This document shows, one piece after another, positions 12,912-26,626 of a DNA stretch of 64,000 nt. A program made the position numbers and the translations under genes. Source of the stretch: Oculina patagonica (Eukaryota); NCBI RefSeq assembly GCF_052425735.1, contig NC_135761.1:14694001-14758000 (forward strand), read 5' to 3'. The notes under the pieces were generated by a model, which worked only from the letters and a program-made list of their open reading frames with translations, searched no databases and was not told where the DNA came from. Numbering within the stretch: position 1 is the first letter of the stretch; each line of letters begins with the position of its first letter.

Positions 12912-14454
12912 TGTTAAGAAGAAGTTATTGCAGTATGGTAAAGGAGTCTGTGTTCGTACAAAAGTTACCATAGCTACCGAATATACATTTCCCGTGAATC
13001 TAAATTGCTATTTAGTCTTCAGAACTTAAGAACATTTTTAACTGATAAAAACGTTTTAACGAACTTCCTTAAGAGCTTTACACGGCAGCAACATATTTCA
13101 CGTTTTTTCTCCTGCTGTCTAAAGAAACTTGTAAGAATTACTTGAATATAAATATAACTTTCATCAAGCAAATTTTGCCAGTAATTAAACTCATAATTAA
13201 CTACAGATGAATCGTGCCTGATGTTACAAGCCTAGATTTCACAATATATGCCTCTTTCTTGGCTTCGTTTCATAATAAGAAGTGATTTGGAATTACCAGG
13301 AAGTGGTCCTTATGATACAACTGTTAAGTTTTTTAATAATGTAAAAGAAATGAAATGAATAAATTCAGTTTATAATAAAAATTGACGATGAAGCTTTTTA
13401 TTATAGTTAAACAAAAGACACTGGTGTTCAGTCCTTTTATTTTGAGCTACAGAAATTTAAAAATCATGCAAAACGAAAGAATTTGCTAACTATTTCTAGC
13501 CCAGTATTCGTGGGTAAAAACCCACTAAGGTTAATTACTTTTCTCAGTGTCAACTTTAATTAATTCGCCACTTTAGGAAAATGAATGGGAGATTGAGCAC
13601 CAACGTTTGCACCAGGATTCTGCAAAAATTTTCAAAAAAGCCTAATTGGCGGAAGATTGCATTTGGAGACCACCCACCGGTTTAAAGGGTGCTATATCTT
13701 GCCACAGTTTTACCTGATTTCGAGAAGATGACATCTTCTACATTCCCAAGATGTCAACTTGATCTCGAATCGTGCCATTATCCAGCGATCAAGGAGGAGA
13801 TATTAAATCTCTCCCTGACGACCCGATATTTCTGCCTTTGCGCAGTCAGGACAACAGCTTGAGTAACTTGAACATTTACGGTCATTTTCTTTCGGTCACT
13901 TCTTATGAAGTGAAAATGTAAACATACAGTCAGTGGAAGCCAATAGGGTTACTCATGTGCTTTGTGACCACTAAAGCTATTTCCGCTACTAGATAATTAC
14001 TGAGGCTAACAGCATTATAAGGTATATTGCAGGCAGCTGGGGCCGTACCCAATAATTCTGTCAGCCGAAGTAATTATCTATTATCATTTTTGACCTTCCT
14101 AAAACACTATTTTCCCCTTTTTTGCAATAAATAAACGATTTCAGTCGCTTCTACACTGATGTTTTGGTGCATGACTGCAATCGTCGATATATTACACAGA
14201 GAGAGAAGTTGAGAGTGCTACGTGACTATCACTCCCGAGTGCTTTGGAAAAATTAACATCAATTAACAAATTCCAATGTAAATATGGAACGTAATATAAA
14301 CATTTAAACTTATTTTTATTCCCTTGATATGGATATTTGTCTACTTTTTTGTCTCATATTCTAAACTTATTTCAGGTCAACCACTTTGGAAACATACTAT
14401 AGGTTAAAGGGTTTGTCACTGACTCTTTTTTCGTTTTTTTTTTTTTTTTTTTTG

Positions 14455-14493
14455 TTAGATGTTTCGGCTAATACTTAAGCCTTCATCAGTAAT
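14455..14493 (-). ncRNA. Degenerate minimal type I hammerhead ribozyme of the Penelope-like element
   Basis: Minus strand reads TTA-CTGATGA-A-GGCT-TAAGTATT-AGCC-GAAAC-ATC-TAA: core boxes, stem II GGCT/AGCC, 3-bp stem I TTA/TAA. ACAT replaces the usual palindromic ACGT. Confidence 0.55.
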
Positions 14494-14961
14494 GAAAGCG
14501 AATTCGTTGTTACACGCTATTTAACAAGAAACGTAACTATCAACAGCCCTGTTTCCACGTCCTAGAGAGCAAGATGATTCTGACCGTCAAAGATCAGGCA
14601 TAGTGTACAAAATCAGTTGCACGCAGTGCAGTTTTGTATACTATGGTCAAACAGAGAGACCACTCAAGACTCGAATTGCGGAGCACAAAAAGGCTGTGTC
14701 AAATTTTGACCACAGCCCTAAAGTTGCTGCCCATGTCCATCAATCAAACCACAACATGGATTTTAATAACGTTATGGTTGTTGGACTTGAGGCCAATTAT
14801 CACGAGCGACTTTTTCTAGAAGCATGGCACTCGACTGAAGATCCAAATGAACGATCACATTAAAATCCCGGAAGCATACAAATGGATTGCACGAGCGTAA
14901 GAGTTTCAAAAGTTACGTTTCTGGTCACGCGCGCAAGCCTCGCGCTACGTTTCTTTTTAAA
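14456..14961 (+). mobile_element. Penelope-like retroelement remnant (GIY-YIG endonuclease C-terminus plus inverted 3' segment)
   Basis: Frame reads SGIVYKISCTQCSFVYYGQTERPLKTRIAEH...ERLFLEAWH, typical of the Penelope-like GIY-YIG domain; no reverse transcriptase; 14456-14540 is an inverted piece carrying CTGATGA..GAAA. Confidence 0.8.
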
Positions 14962-15933
14962 TCAACTCCTGACTACCTGTATTCGATATTTAAAGACACT
15001 TTGGAAACGTAACGTTCTTTTGCTAGGAAATTCTTTCGATAACACCTCAACCCCCAACCCCTTTCCATCTGCAAATAACCACACAAATAAAATTACGCCC
15101 ATGGTTTATTTTCGAATTGTACAGCTCTTACCATGGTAGAAAATAACGCCTTAGCAATAAACAGGATAAATTGGCAGATTAAAAAGATAAACATAGGAGA
15201 ACCCATCAAGCGTTAAAAAGTCCTTGACATACCTGTATTTGTTAGCTCAGACATGAGATAATTGTTTCAAATTTCAAATCTTTAGGGGCTTTTACTTCTA
15301 GCTCAATGCATATTTTATGTTTAACAATAAGTGCAAACTTCGGAAATATACGAGGCAAAATACAAAGGACACAACGACAAGGGATCTCTTCACCTTGAGT
15401 TATAAACAACGCCTTGTTCACTTGGTGACCCTCACAGGTTTGTATTGGTAAAGTATCTCTAATAATACCTAATACCAATACGAAACTGTATTTCTCTAGT
15501 TGTCTACTTCATGTGCTTTTATTGTCAGAAATCGATAGTGTCATGTTTTATAAGTAAATTATTTTGTGTCTTAATCCAAAGTGTTACAATCAAAGCTAAG
15601 CCATGTTATATATCTCCAGCATTACTCAGAAGTGGCGGTAATTAAAGTGATCCATTGAATAATACGTTCATGATCGTTGAGTTTTTGTTCAGCAATCTCC
15701 ACCGATTGCCATTGGATAATATCAGCACCGACCATAAGTGAACTCCGTCTGTCCATGTCATGACGATCGTTAGTGACCACATAAATAGCAGTCTTTTGCA
15801 CTGTTTAACTGGAATGGGATCGCGCTGAAACACTTAAATTAGTTTATGGTTACTTTAATTTTATAGCAATTCTTGAAAATATTCTGAAAACGCCTTTAAT
15901 CAATACTGATATTTTTACTGTAGGGCAAACAAA

Positions 15934-18900
15934 ATGAGCTGCCTATGGTCCATAGCGGCGATTTTACTTTTGCAATGTGGTAAGTTTTCCATTATAACAT
16001 ACCTAAGTGTGCTGTATTACAGATAACATACTGTGAAAGATATCATTCCTTATATTTCCATAGATTTATCCAGACCTGTCTAGATGCTTAAGAAACAACA
16101 TACTCAAGTGCTTCAGAAATGGGCCGCCATGGGCGAGTGTTCCCAGTGCGCTAAGCACATCGTCTTTTCTTCCACACTTTCAAAGTCTTCGCTTAAAACT
16201 TCCCTTTAATTTTTTGAAAATTAATAAAAAATATCTCAGTTTTATGTTTTAAAGCTTTGAAGCCATAAATCTTTCCGTCAGCAAATCTGACAAACTGCCC
16301 GGGTAAATGAATGTTCGCTCGCAAGCTACGTAGCAGCTATATCGTTTTCGTCTTTTCCTTTTTTGTTACACTCCCTTCAAGTTCTCTTATCGTCTTACAT
16401 GAATAGTTTGATTCTCTCCTTACAATGATAGTGATAGAGGGCTTAACTATACCTCACAAAGGACACCACAAGAAAGAAGGCTTACACAGTGACAAGCCGC
16501 ATGCAAGACATCACTCAAAACGTCCTGTAGCAACTGGTGCACAGCGGCAAACAGTCCCCAGTCCACTTCAAGACTTTGTTCTGTTAAGTGGAAGTCCTTT
16601 GTTTCATGAACGTCCCAAAGCCAGTGATAGTAAAACGAATGCTACAAAGGTTACAACGCCTGCCACAAAAGATCAGAAAGAATTCCAAGAAACGCAAGGA
16701 AACGAGGCTTCTGTCAACCAAACAACCTCTAAGTTGCAGGGACCTCAGACATTGTCCAGTCAGCCAGAGCAAGCCAAAGAACAACATCAGGAATCGGGTG
16801 GTCCTACTGAAAAAGCTGGAACTGGACAGGTCCAAGGAAACGGTACGGCGCAACAACCACTACCGGAATCAAAACAACCTGTTAAAGCTCCATCGTCGTT
16901 TGTCCAGGAAATGGCACAAAAGATAAAAGAAGGTCTCAGCCAAGGGAAAGACCAAGAAAAGTTGAAGAACAGCACCAATTCTACTGCACCAAGCGTAGCT
17001 ATAGCGTTGGAAACTCCTGCTAATGCCAACTCATCTAGCGGGGTAATGATAAGCCTGGGAAATAACACTTTAAACAACGTTGGCCAAGAGAAACCTACTG
17101 GACAAAATGCTTCATCCAAAATCGCCACGGTTTTAGTCAATGGGCAGAATGCGGGTACAAATGTTAAAACTAACAGTTCAAGTATTGTCGAGACTGGTCC
17201 AAAAGGAAATCAGACTAGCACTTCTACTGCTGCAGACGTCAAACCTGATCAATCAGAAAATAAAAAAACAGGTGATCAGAAATTTCCATTCAATATACCC
17301 GGTGTGCGACATTACGGAAATGAGAAAAACGACAGCAAAGGGGTCGAGGCCACAAAACAGATAACAGACAAAGAAACGAAACTGGGAACCCCTGAAAATC
17401 TTGGGCCAAACTGTCATTGGAAAACCACTAAAGGAGCGAATGGTGCTTTAGTAACATCTGTAGCTTGCTCAGGGGAGTTCCATAAGCCCGAGAAGGATAA
17501 AGGGGGCTTAGACGAGGTAGGCAAGCAACCTCCACCGAAAAACACTTCTGAGACAGGGGCTGGAGAAACGCTCGGAGGTAAACAGATGACTGCCAAAAAT
17601 ACCTCTTTATCGGAGACTGGAGGAGGTGAAAAGGCAACACATATGCAAAGTAAGAGTGAATGACGAAAACACGTGATATACACCGATTAGCTAGTCACTC
17701 TCATAACACCTAAACCAAAGTATTCAATTAGAACTCAAGGTCAAACAAGGCAAGGCTCTTAAAAACGCATAAGCCTAGGTACTAGCGATTTTTTTGCTCG
17801 CATCAGACGGATTCAGATTGGGCAAAACTAGTTATAAAGCTCAGCAACGGCGGAACTAAAGCAAACTCTTCCTGCAGTGAAATGGAAGCTTTTCAAAAAA
17901 GGTTCTCATTTTCTTTAATTGTGACTACTCTATTACCATCAACACTGTTTGTGATCATCATTTTATGTTTTTCTTTTAGGTGATAAAGAGTTTGAAGACG
18001 ATGCAGTTGCAACGACCAACGCTTTTCGTAAGATACATCGCGCTCTTCCAATGAAGCTAAACCCGAAACTTAGTCTTCAAGCTAAGAAGTACGCAGAAAA
18101 GATCGCCAGCATGGGGTCACTTCAACATGACTATGATGCTGTGAGGCACCTGGACGAGGGAGAGAACCTTGCGATGGGCTGTAGGCAATATGGAGCACCT
18201 CTTACTGCTAAGGAGGCCATAACGAACTGGTAGGACCAAACTCGTCCTGTCTCTTTAAACTTAAAGAGGCTATGTCATGCATTTTTAGGCAATTTCGGCA
18301 CTGACCAACTGGTCATAGAATTAACTGAAATATCACAATAATGGCTTAAAACTGTAGAAGAGCTCAAAAGAAACACAGAAAGGTTAAACAGGGGCATTGA
18401 TTGGCAAAATTCGAGGAGATTAAAATGGATTGCGTTTAGGCAAACTTGAAAAACGTCGGCCCGACTGTTTTCAAGTTCAAGTTTGACTTAATTTGTATGA
18501 AAATGTTATTTGCCATGCTCGAAAATCATTCTTGTTTGTTATGTGGCCATAATTTTGCCAATAAAAGACTTTTGCCCTCCCAATTTTAAGTGTAGAACAC
18601 TTAATAATACCTAGCCCCTTTAATATAGAAAATACTTAAAACTGCTTAGCAGATAAGCTGTCTTTTATGAGCTTTAAGATGCCTAGTCACCATCTTTTCT
18701 TTTTAACTCCATTTAGGTATAACGAGGTATGCGCTTATGATTTCAATCGAGGAGAGTTTAGCATGTCTACAGGGCATTTCACTCAACTTGTGTGGTCTGA
18801 AAGCACCGAGTTCGGGATAGGAATGGCACCTGGGCAGCAAAACGGGATGCCGTGCATTTTTGTGGTGGGACGCTTCAAGCCGTCTGGAAACTACAAGGGA

Positions 18901-18978
18901 GAGTACAAGAAAAATGTGTTTAAAGGAACATTTGACCCGAGCTACTGTGATAAACTAAGGGACAAAAAGCTTTTGTAG
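15934..18978 (+). CDS. CAP-B: secreted CAP/SCP protein, ~591 aa, K/T/S/Q-rich disordered spacer
   Basis: Exons 15934-15979 (MSCLWSIAAILLLQC), 16432-17649, 17980-18229 (LQHD, GENL), 18717-18978 (WYNEVC, GHFTQLVW); 1776 nt, open. Confidence 0.9.
18261..18623. mobile_element. TTAA-flanked non-autonomous DNA transposon (Kolobok-like) in CAP-B intron 3
   Basis: TTAA-AGAGGCTA ... TAGCCCCT-TTAA imperfect termini with TTAA on both sides. Confidence 0.5.
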
Positions 18979-19793
18979 GACAAAATAGTTCCTCGTCGGT
19001 ACAAAGGAAAAAAATTAAAGTGTATTGAAAATACATGCTAACATTTTGTTCTCTATAAACGTCTAGCCAAAAAAAAAGTCAGACGCGAGCTCTGAGTTTT
19101 TTTTGGCCTGTTTCGTTACCTCATTTTAATGCATATGCATAAAAAAATGGAGAATTCAGCTCTTGCAGTTTTAATGCGCCAAATATGTTTAGATTTTAAT
19201 ATAATTTTTCTCTGCTTATGTGTAAGACTGATTATGAATATGAAAATAAAATAATTTGTACGTGATAAGGGAGTTTATTTTACAATTTAAATTTCACAAC
19301 AAGTATCTTCTTGCACGTCTCTTATAATAAAGAACATTAATTTCCCACAAACAGCCCTGTCATATGAAAAACATTCGTGACTTAAGCGTGACGCGTTACT
19401 CGACCTTACTCGGAATAATTTTCTTTTGTCCAGTGATTTATCGACAAAAATTTAATATCGATAAACTTTGGCTTATTCACCATTGAAACATGGCAAACTT
19501 GTAAACATATGATTGGTAATATCAAAAACGTAAAAAAATCATCATAATTTCGCACATATTGAGATACTGTTATTCTCGGTGGACAGACTCCCAATAAACA
19601 ACCGCAGTTTATAAAATAAATCTCAATTACCACAGTTATGCCGACTTCTGGAAAACTTCCCAAACTAACAAAAAACACTTCCCTCCCAGTACCTTCTCTT
19701 AACTGCATCGAGGCCCGCACTTTCTGACCTGTGGTTACCACTAGTAATAAAGAACATTAATTTCCCACAAACAGCCCTGTCATATGATGGCCT

Positions 19794-20042
19794 GTGGGAG
19801 GCGCGGTGACCTATACCTAATGGACTCTGGACCGAATGGTCCGGGCCCAAGCTGTAGCGAGGGACATTGTGTTGTTCTTGGGCATGCTAATTTTCTCTCA
19901 CAATGTTTCTTTCCACCCAGTTGTATAAATGCGTACCTGTGATGGACTAGTATCCCGTCCGGGGAAAGGACCAGTAGAAATACTACCAGTCTTTGAAGAT
20001 AAGCGCCGGTCTGATAAGCTGTTTGGCTTGAACGCAGACTTA
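19794..20042 (+). mobile_element. Degenerate tRNA-derived SINE
   Basis: GTGGGAGGCGCGGTG head, GTTCTTGGGCA and TGTATAAATG core, GCAGACTT tail; matches the 4285 copy. Confidence 0.75.
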
Positions 20043-22555
20043 GTGACCCTGCTATCACGATCACCTTTTAATTCAAATAAATTCACTACGGATTTAATGA
20101 AAAGAAAGCTCTAGGAGTAAAAATCAATAGCATATGAAAGATTTTGCGAAGCAATGGAATTCAACTAACGATACGAAACGTATACGTAGTAAAATGATTG
20201 TTTAGATTCTTGAGCTTCATAACCTTTGTTCGTCTCCCGCGCCAATTATGGACCTTTGATCTTCAAGTTAGTTCTTCCAAAAAGTGCATGATATAGCACC
20301 TTCGATTGCAATGAGAAGACTTATAAATTAAACTTACTACAGAGCTCATGAACTTCGAGAGATTTTGTAGTAATCCATGATGTAGCTGCTGTCTCGTAGA
20401 TGACGACCTGTTACTGCTAGACCGAGCTGGTCTAGCTCGTAATTTCTTGGAAGTTCTTTGGAATTATTTTCACTTTTTCAGGTCACGCAATTTAGTTTCA
20501 TTTTGCGTCATGCTTGATTCTAATTTTGTTCGTTCATTTCCTGAACTTTAGCGGTACAAAATGCAGGAGATCTTTAAAACTTTTTGAGATGTTGCTCTAC
20601 AGTTAAGTATCCGAATAATAGAACACTAGTTCAATACGCTTTCACGAGCCTACTTACCCTCAAATGTTGACTGCTCAACTTCTGTGACCTTAGGGTATTG
20701 TCATTATGCGATAAAATTATTTGAATAGACGAATTGCTTAGCCCTTTTGTAATTAGTCTTCCGCCACAAATTCGCCAGTACCCATCTATATACTCTTGTA
20801 TACGAAAGAAGCACCGCGAAATCACATGTATTGCATAGTTAGAGACAGTAAGGTAGCGATCAGGGCTCGACGGTCAGACACGTCCGATCCACTACTACCC
20901 TTGACCACAACGCTTTAATTGTCATAGTCTATAAGATTCGAACTTTGGTCGGACACCGTACCTCACCGATTTCGCTGAAATTTGGCATGCAGTCTTGTTT
21001 TAGGGTCCTAACTACCAAATGGATATTAAAAAGTTTCAATTCTTTTTATTTTGGAAAATATCGAGAAGGCCGATTTGAAGCGTCCGTGACGGCCCGCCAA
21101 CATGGCGGATCAAAGGTGTTCTTGTTACTTCGACACTGAACCTGCCGTCACAGTTTCTCGATCATACTTGGTATAGTTATAAAGAACTATCTTCCTTCTT
21201 TCTATATATCAAAATAGATTTGGCAAATGTTGAGTTTGGATGATCAACGGCCAAGAAGTTCGAAGGTATGTTAACGATGTTTTGAACAGTCTCAAATTTA
21301 CTACAAAATGAAAGGCTAATAACTCCACTGTTATCTCGATTTAGAACTAGCCATTTACCATGAACAAAGCTTGTTCATTGGTGAATTGATTCCATTAATA
21401 AAAAAATTGGGGAAATGTAACCGTTAAGAATAAAAAATTATGGAACCTCTAGTAAATTGGCCATTTCAGCGCCATTTCAGCGGTTTAGCTCATTTAACAG
21501 CAAATAATCGGGAGAAACATGAAAGGGTTACAGTCGTTTATAATAAGCAGTTTCCATGTATTCTTTGCTTATCTTAAACAAATACATGATCTTTGCCAAA
21601 GATATGGCGATTTTTGAGCGTACGATCGTTTCTCCAAATTTTTATGTCGGCAACTTTATTTTATTTGTTGTCGAGATTATACGCTGTTGTTATTCAATAT
21701 TCGTTTCACAAGAACTTCTGTTGCTCGCATTTCCCAAATCACTGTTTAAGAAATTGCCCATTCCGTAACAGGGTCATTCTTGCTTTTTCTTTAAAAATTA
21801 CTAGGAAAGCAAGAATGTCATAGAACGGTTTTATACTAGTGAAAATACCTGTCAGACATAACTTAAACTGTTTGTGTTATCTGGCTGTTTTCACAAATAT
21901 GCAAATTAAGGAATTCTTAAAGTGCCTATCTTTAACTATTTCACGCTTAAAGATTCCTCTGAATCTTTTCGCCTACCTTTTTGCCAAACGAAGTTTTGTG
22001 TCTCCAGGCAGAATGCTCGTTATCAGCAATGAAAGTCGAAGAGATACAGAAGCTCGAGTAAAATTCTAACTGCTGTGAAATGAACATCGTTTGAGCTTGA
22101 CGTGTATTTATAGATTGCGCTCGAGCGCCGTTAATTAAGTTTATTCATTTGGCGATCAGATAAAAATCAATGAATGATCAGAGTTATTTCTAAGTCCATT
22201 TCTAAGCACGAGAAACACGGAAGTTTGTTTCAGAAGCATTTATGCATAGAAATACCGGTTTATTTTTGAGCGGTAAATCTGCATTTATAATAGCTGGGAG
22301 TTTGGGGTGTTTTTTGGTGTTTTTTTTTTTTAGGGGGGTTCGGGGGGGGGGGGGGGTGTGGAAGTGGTGCCTTCGTATCCTCTTTTGTTCTTTTACACAG
22401 TGGCCTGAATTTGGAACAGTTCGGGGACTGGATTATCAATTACTCTTCGTTATGCCATGTCACCCCTTAATGTGGGAGCGCCGCGCCTCAATTCACGATA
22501 AAAAATTTATGGCCGCCCAGTCCATTTATGTAGTTCTCCGCCAGGTCTCTCAATA

Positions 22556-22855
22556 GGCAGGTTACGAGCCTAGTGGCCCATCAGGCCGGAGCTCATACCG
22601 GTTTCCGCAACGTGAAGCGACAACGAGTATTTTTACTCCACCCGGATGGGATGCTATTCCATCGCAGGGTTACCTCCCTTCCCGAAAAGCTAAAGATTGA
22701 CTGGTAATCATTTTTACACCTGGGTAAGGAAAGGGACTCTGGGAGTTGAGAGGCTTTCCAAAGAACTTAACGCATTGCCCCCCAAAAGCTCTATCCAGGA
22801 CTGTTTGGTCCAGAGTCCAGCGCAGTGACCATTATTAGGCCATCACGCTCCCCAA
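22556..22855 (-). mobile_element. tRNA-derived SINE inside the foldback left part
   Basis: Reverse complement of the SINE consensus (GGTAACCCTGCGATGGA, GGAAACCGG, AGCTCCGGCCTGATGG). Confidence 0.8.
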
Positions 22856-23393
22856 CCGTGTAAGAAAGTGCAAAAATCTGCTTGGGGTAAGCCCTGGGGT
22901 TGTACAGTTTAGTACGAAATGTGGGCTTTTAAATGTGGTAGGTCTTATATCCGTGGTTGGGGTGCGGTGGCTTAAAGCGACATTAAAAAACGTTTTCATA
23001 AACTGATTTGAATTACATTCATGAATTAAAGGGACAGTGTCACCAAGATTTAATAAAATTTAAAACTCTCAAGACGGTAACCTGGTAGGAAAAAAGTGGC
23101 CTTAAACTTTGACAGTTGACTTGGAAGAAATATATGGGCCTTGAATTGGGAGGGCTTATGAGAGAAAAGGATAAAAAGGGGAATTTCACAGAATCTGCTC
23201 AACAGCGTACTCTCGAGCAGCTTTCATTTATCTGCCCACTGTCTTTTTCTCTCTCCAGGTGTTGGTAAGGCCAGACCACTATGAGTGGATTTACAATTCA
23301 TATTAACACTTTTTTGAGATTTTTAAATCCCGGTTCGGGCTTTGAATTGTGGGGATATTGCGTTGAGTTCTTCGGAAAGCCTCTGTAATATCA

Positions 23394-23881
23394 TACCGTA
23401 TTTACTCGAATAAGCGCCGCCCCCGAATATGCGCCGCCCTCGAATAAGCGCCGCATTTCGGACAAAAAAAGTTAATAAGCGCCGCCCCCGGCGCCGCAGT
23501 CCCGATGCGGCGCTTATTCAAGGAAATCTGTTTAACTAGAAACAGAACTACAAAGCAACTCCAAACTTGGATATTTCTTTCCATCAAAAGCGACGTTCTG
23601 CAGTTCAAAGTGCTTGTTTTACCGCTCAGTTTTTCTATTGAACATTCTTCAGTACAATCTTCAGCAAGAGACGACTTTTGGCAATCAGGGGACCCTATTT
23701 TAATAAATGTAAAGGATTAGATTCTTTGTGGCGTCAAACTTTTTAATAAGCGCCGCCCTAAAATAAGCGCCGCCCTCTAATAAGCGCCGCCCTCTAATAA
23801 GCGCCGCCCTCTAGTAAGCGCCGCACTGGAGGCGTAAAAAATTTAATAAGCGCCGCGGCGCTTATTGGAGTAATTACGGTA
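23394..23881. mobile_element. TACCGTA-type MITE nested in the foldback spacer
   Basis: TACCGTATTTACTCGAATAAGCGCCGC ... GCGGCGCTTATTGGAGTAATTACGGTA; many internal AATAAGCGCCGC repeats. Confidence 0.85.
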
Positions 23882-24638
23882 GTCCCTTTCTACACCTAGG
23901 TCGGCGATAAGGACATACGTGATGTAAGTCATGACGCATCACGAGAGATGTCCTTATGGAGAGGTTCGACTTTAATAAAAAAAAAAGTCCGAGATAACAA
24001 AAACAGCTAAGTTCTCACCTGCTTTTTTTTTTGTAAAAATCTGGACGAAAAACATTTGTATCTTTTAACTTGCCCTAAAAATAATTGATTCGAAATTCAT
24101 TTCAAATCAATGAGGAAAATGTGTTAGCTTTACTGTTATTATGTTGTTCTTGCCGCGAGTAAGCCACGCCTTCTTCGAACACGATAATTACTGATGACAC
24201 AAACGTAAAGTCATGTTCATTTCAAAATCAGCTCGCATTATGCTTATTAACAGTTCAACATTCAGACCACTGTGTCAGAGATCTAAAGAGGATTCGGAGG
24301 CACCACTTCCGCCCCCCTCCCCCCGCCTTCCTACAACAACACAAAAAAAAAACCAAACTCCCAGCTATTATAAATGCAGATTTACCGCTAGAAGCCGAGT
24401 ATTTTTTAACCGCGTCAGTCAATAATAAACCGGTATTTCTATGCATAAATGCTTCTGAAACAAACTTCCGTGTCCCTCGTGCTTAGAAATGGACTTTAAT
24501 AACTCTGATCATTCATTGATTTTTATCTGATCGCCAAATGAATAAACTTAATTAACACATTTAAAAGCCCACATTTCGTACCAAACTGTACAACCCCAGG
24601 GCTTACCCCAAGCAGATTTTTGCACTTTCTTACACGGT

Positions 24639-24942
24639 TGGGGAGCGTGATGGCCTAATAATGGTCACTGCGCTGGACTCTGGACCAAACAGTCCTGGAT
24701 AGAGCTTTTGGGGGACAATGCGTTTAAAAGTTCTTTGGAAAGCCTCTCAACTCCCAGAGTCCCTTTCCTTACCCAGGTGTAAAAATGATTACCAGTCAAT
24801 CTTTAGCTTTTCGGGAAGGGAGGTAACCCTGCGATGGAATAGCATCCCATCCGGGTGGAGTAAAAAATACTCGTTGTCGCTTCACGTTGCGGAAACCGGT
24901 ATGAGCTCCGGCCTGATGGCCACTAGGCTCGTAACCTGCCTA
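24639..24942 (+). mobile_element. tRNA-derived SINE, mirror copy of 22556-22855
   Basis: Near-identical reverse complement of the 22556 copy, including both flanks. Confidence 0.8.
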
Positions 24943-25381
24943 TTGAGAGACCTGGCGGAGAACTACATAAATGGACTGGGCGGCCATAAATTTTTTATCG
25001 TGAATTGAGGCGCGGCGCTCCCACATTAAGGGGTGACATGGCATAACGAAGAGTAATTGATAATCCAGTCCCCGAACTGTTCCAAATTCAGGCCACTGTG
25101 TAAAAGAACAAAAGAGGATACGAAGGCACCACTTCCACACCCCCCTCCCCCCTCGAGCCCCCTCAAAAAAAAAAAACAACACAAAAAAAACACCCCAAAC
25201 TCCCAGCTATTATAAATGCAGATTTACCGCTCAAAAATAAACAGGTATTTCTATGCATAAATGCTTCTGAAACAAACTTCCGTGTCTCCCGTGCTTAGAA
25301 ATGGACTTAGAAATAATTCTGATCATTCATTGATTTTTATCTGATCGTCAAATGAATAAACTTAATTAACGGAGCTCGAGC

Positions 25382-26626
25382 GCAATCTATAAATACACAT
25401 CAAGCTCAAACGATGTTCATTTCACAGCAGTTAGAATTTTACTCGAGCTTCTGTATCTCTTCGACTTTCATTGCTGATAACGAGCATCTGCCTGGAGACA
25501 CAAAACTCGTTTCGCCAAAAGGTAGGCGAAAAGATTTAGAGGAATCTTTAAGCGTGAAATAGTTAAAGATAGGCACTTTAAGAATTCCTTAATTTGCATA
25601 TTTGTGAAAACAGCCAGATAACACAAACAGTTTAAGTTATGTCTGACAGGTATTTTCACTAGTATAAAACCGTTCTATGACATTCTTGCCTTCCTAGTAA
25701 TTTTTAAAGAAAAAGCAAGAATGACCCTGTTACGGAATGGGCAATTTCTTAAACAATGATTTGGGAAATGCGAGCAACAGAAGTTCTTTGAAACGAATAC
25801 TTGAATAACAACAACGTATAATCTCGACAACAAATAAAATAAAGTTGCCGACCTAAAAATTTGGAGAAACGATCGTACGCTCAAAAATCGCCATATCTTT
25901 GGCAAAGATATGTATTTTTTAAGATAAGCAAAGAATACCTGAAAACTGCTTATTATAAACGACTGTAACCCTTTCATGTTTCTCCCGATTATTTGCTGTT
26001 AAATGAGCAATCTATATAAATACACGTCAAGCTCAAACGATGTTCATTTCACAGCAGTTAGAATTTTACTCGAGCTTCTGTATCTCTTCGACTTTCATTG
26101 CTGATAACCAGCATTCTGCCTGGAGACACAAAACTTCGTTTGGCCAAAAGGTAGGCGAAAAGATTTAGAGGAATCTTTAAGCGTGAAATAGTTAAAGATA
26201 GGCACTTTAAGAATTCCTTAATTTGCATATTTGTGAAAACAGCCAGATAACACAAACAGTTTAAGTTATGTCTGACAGGTATTTTCATAAGTATAAAACC
26301 GTTCTATGACATTCTCGCTTTCCTAGTAATTTTTAAAGAAAAAGTAAGAATGACCCTGTTACGGAATGGGCAATTTCTTAAACAGTGATTTGGGAAATGC
26401 GAGCAACAGAAGTTCTTGTGAAACGAATATTGAATATCTCGACAACAAATAAAATAAAGTTGCTGACATAAAAATTTGGAGAAACGATCGTACGCTCAAA
26501 AATCGCCATATATTTGGCAAAGATTATGTATTTGTTTAAGATAAGCAAAGAATACCTGAAAACTGCTTATTATAAACGACTGTAACCCTTTCACGTTTCT
26601 CCCGATTATTTGCTGTTAAATGAGCT
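25382..26626. repeat. ~625-bp tandem duplication in the foldback right arm
   Basis: Unit starting GCAATCTAT(AT)AAATACAC at 25382 repeats at 26007; both units end TGTTAAATGAGC. Confidence 0.85.

Noticed and set aside
23394-23881. Regularly repeated AATAAGCGCCGC motifs resembling a CRISPR array or iterons
   Set aside because: No unique constant-length spacers, no cas genes, eukaryotic context; bounded by MITE terminal inverted repeats.
21839-26288. Three near-identical MKIPVRHNL... ORFs and other repeated short ORFs
   Set aside because: By-products of the foldback arms and their tandem duplication; one copy is frameshifted; no domain motifs.
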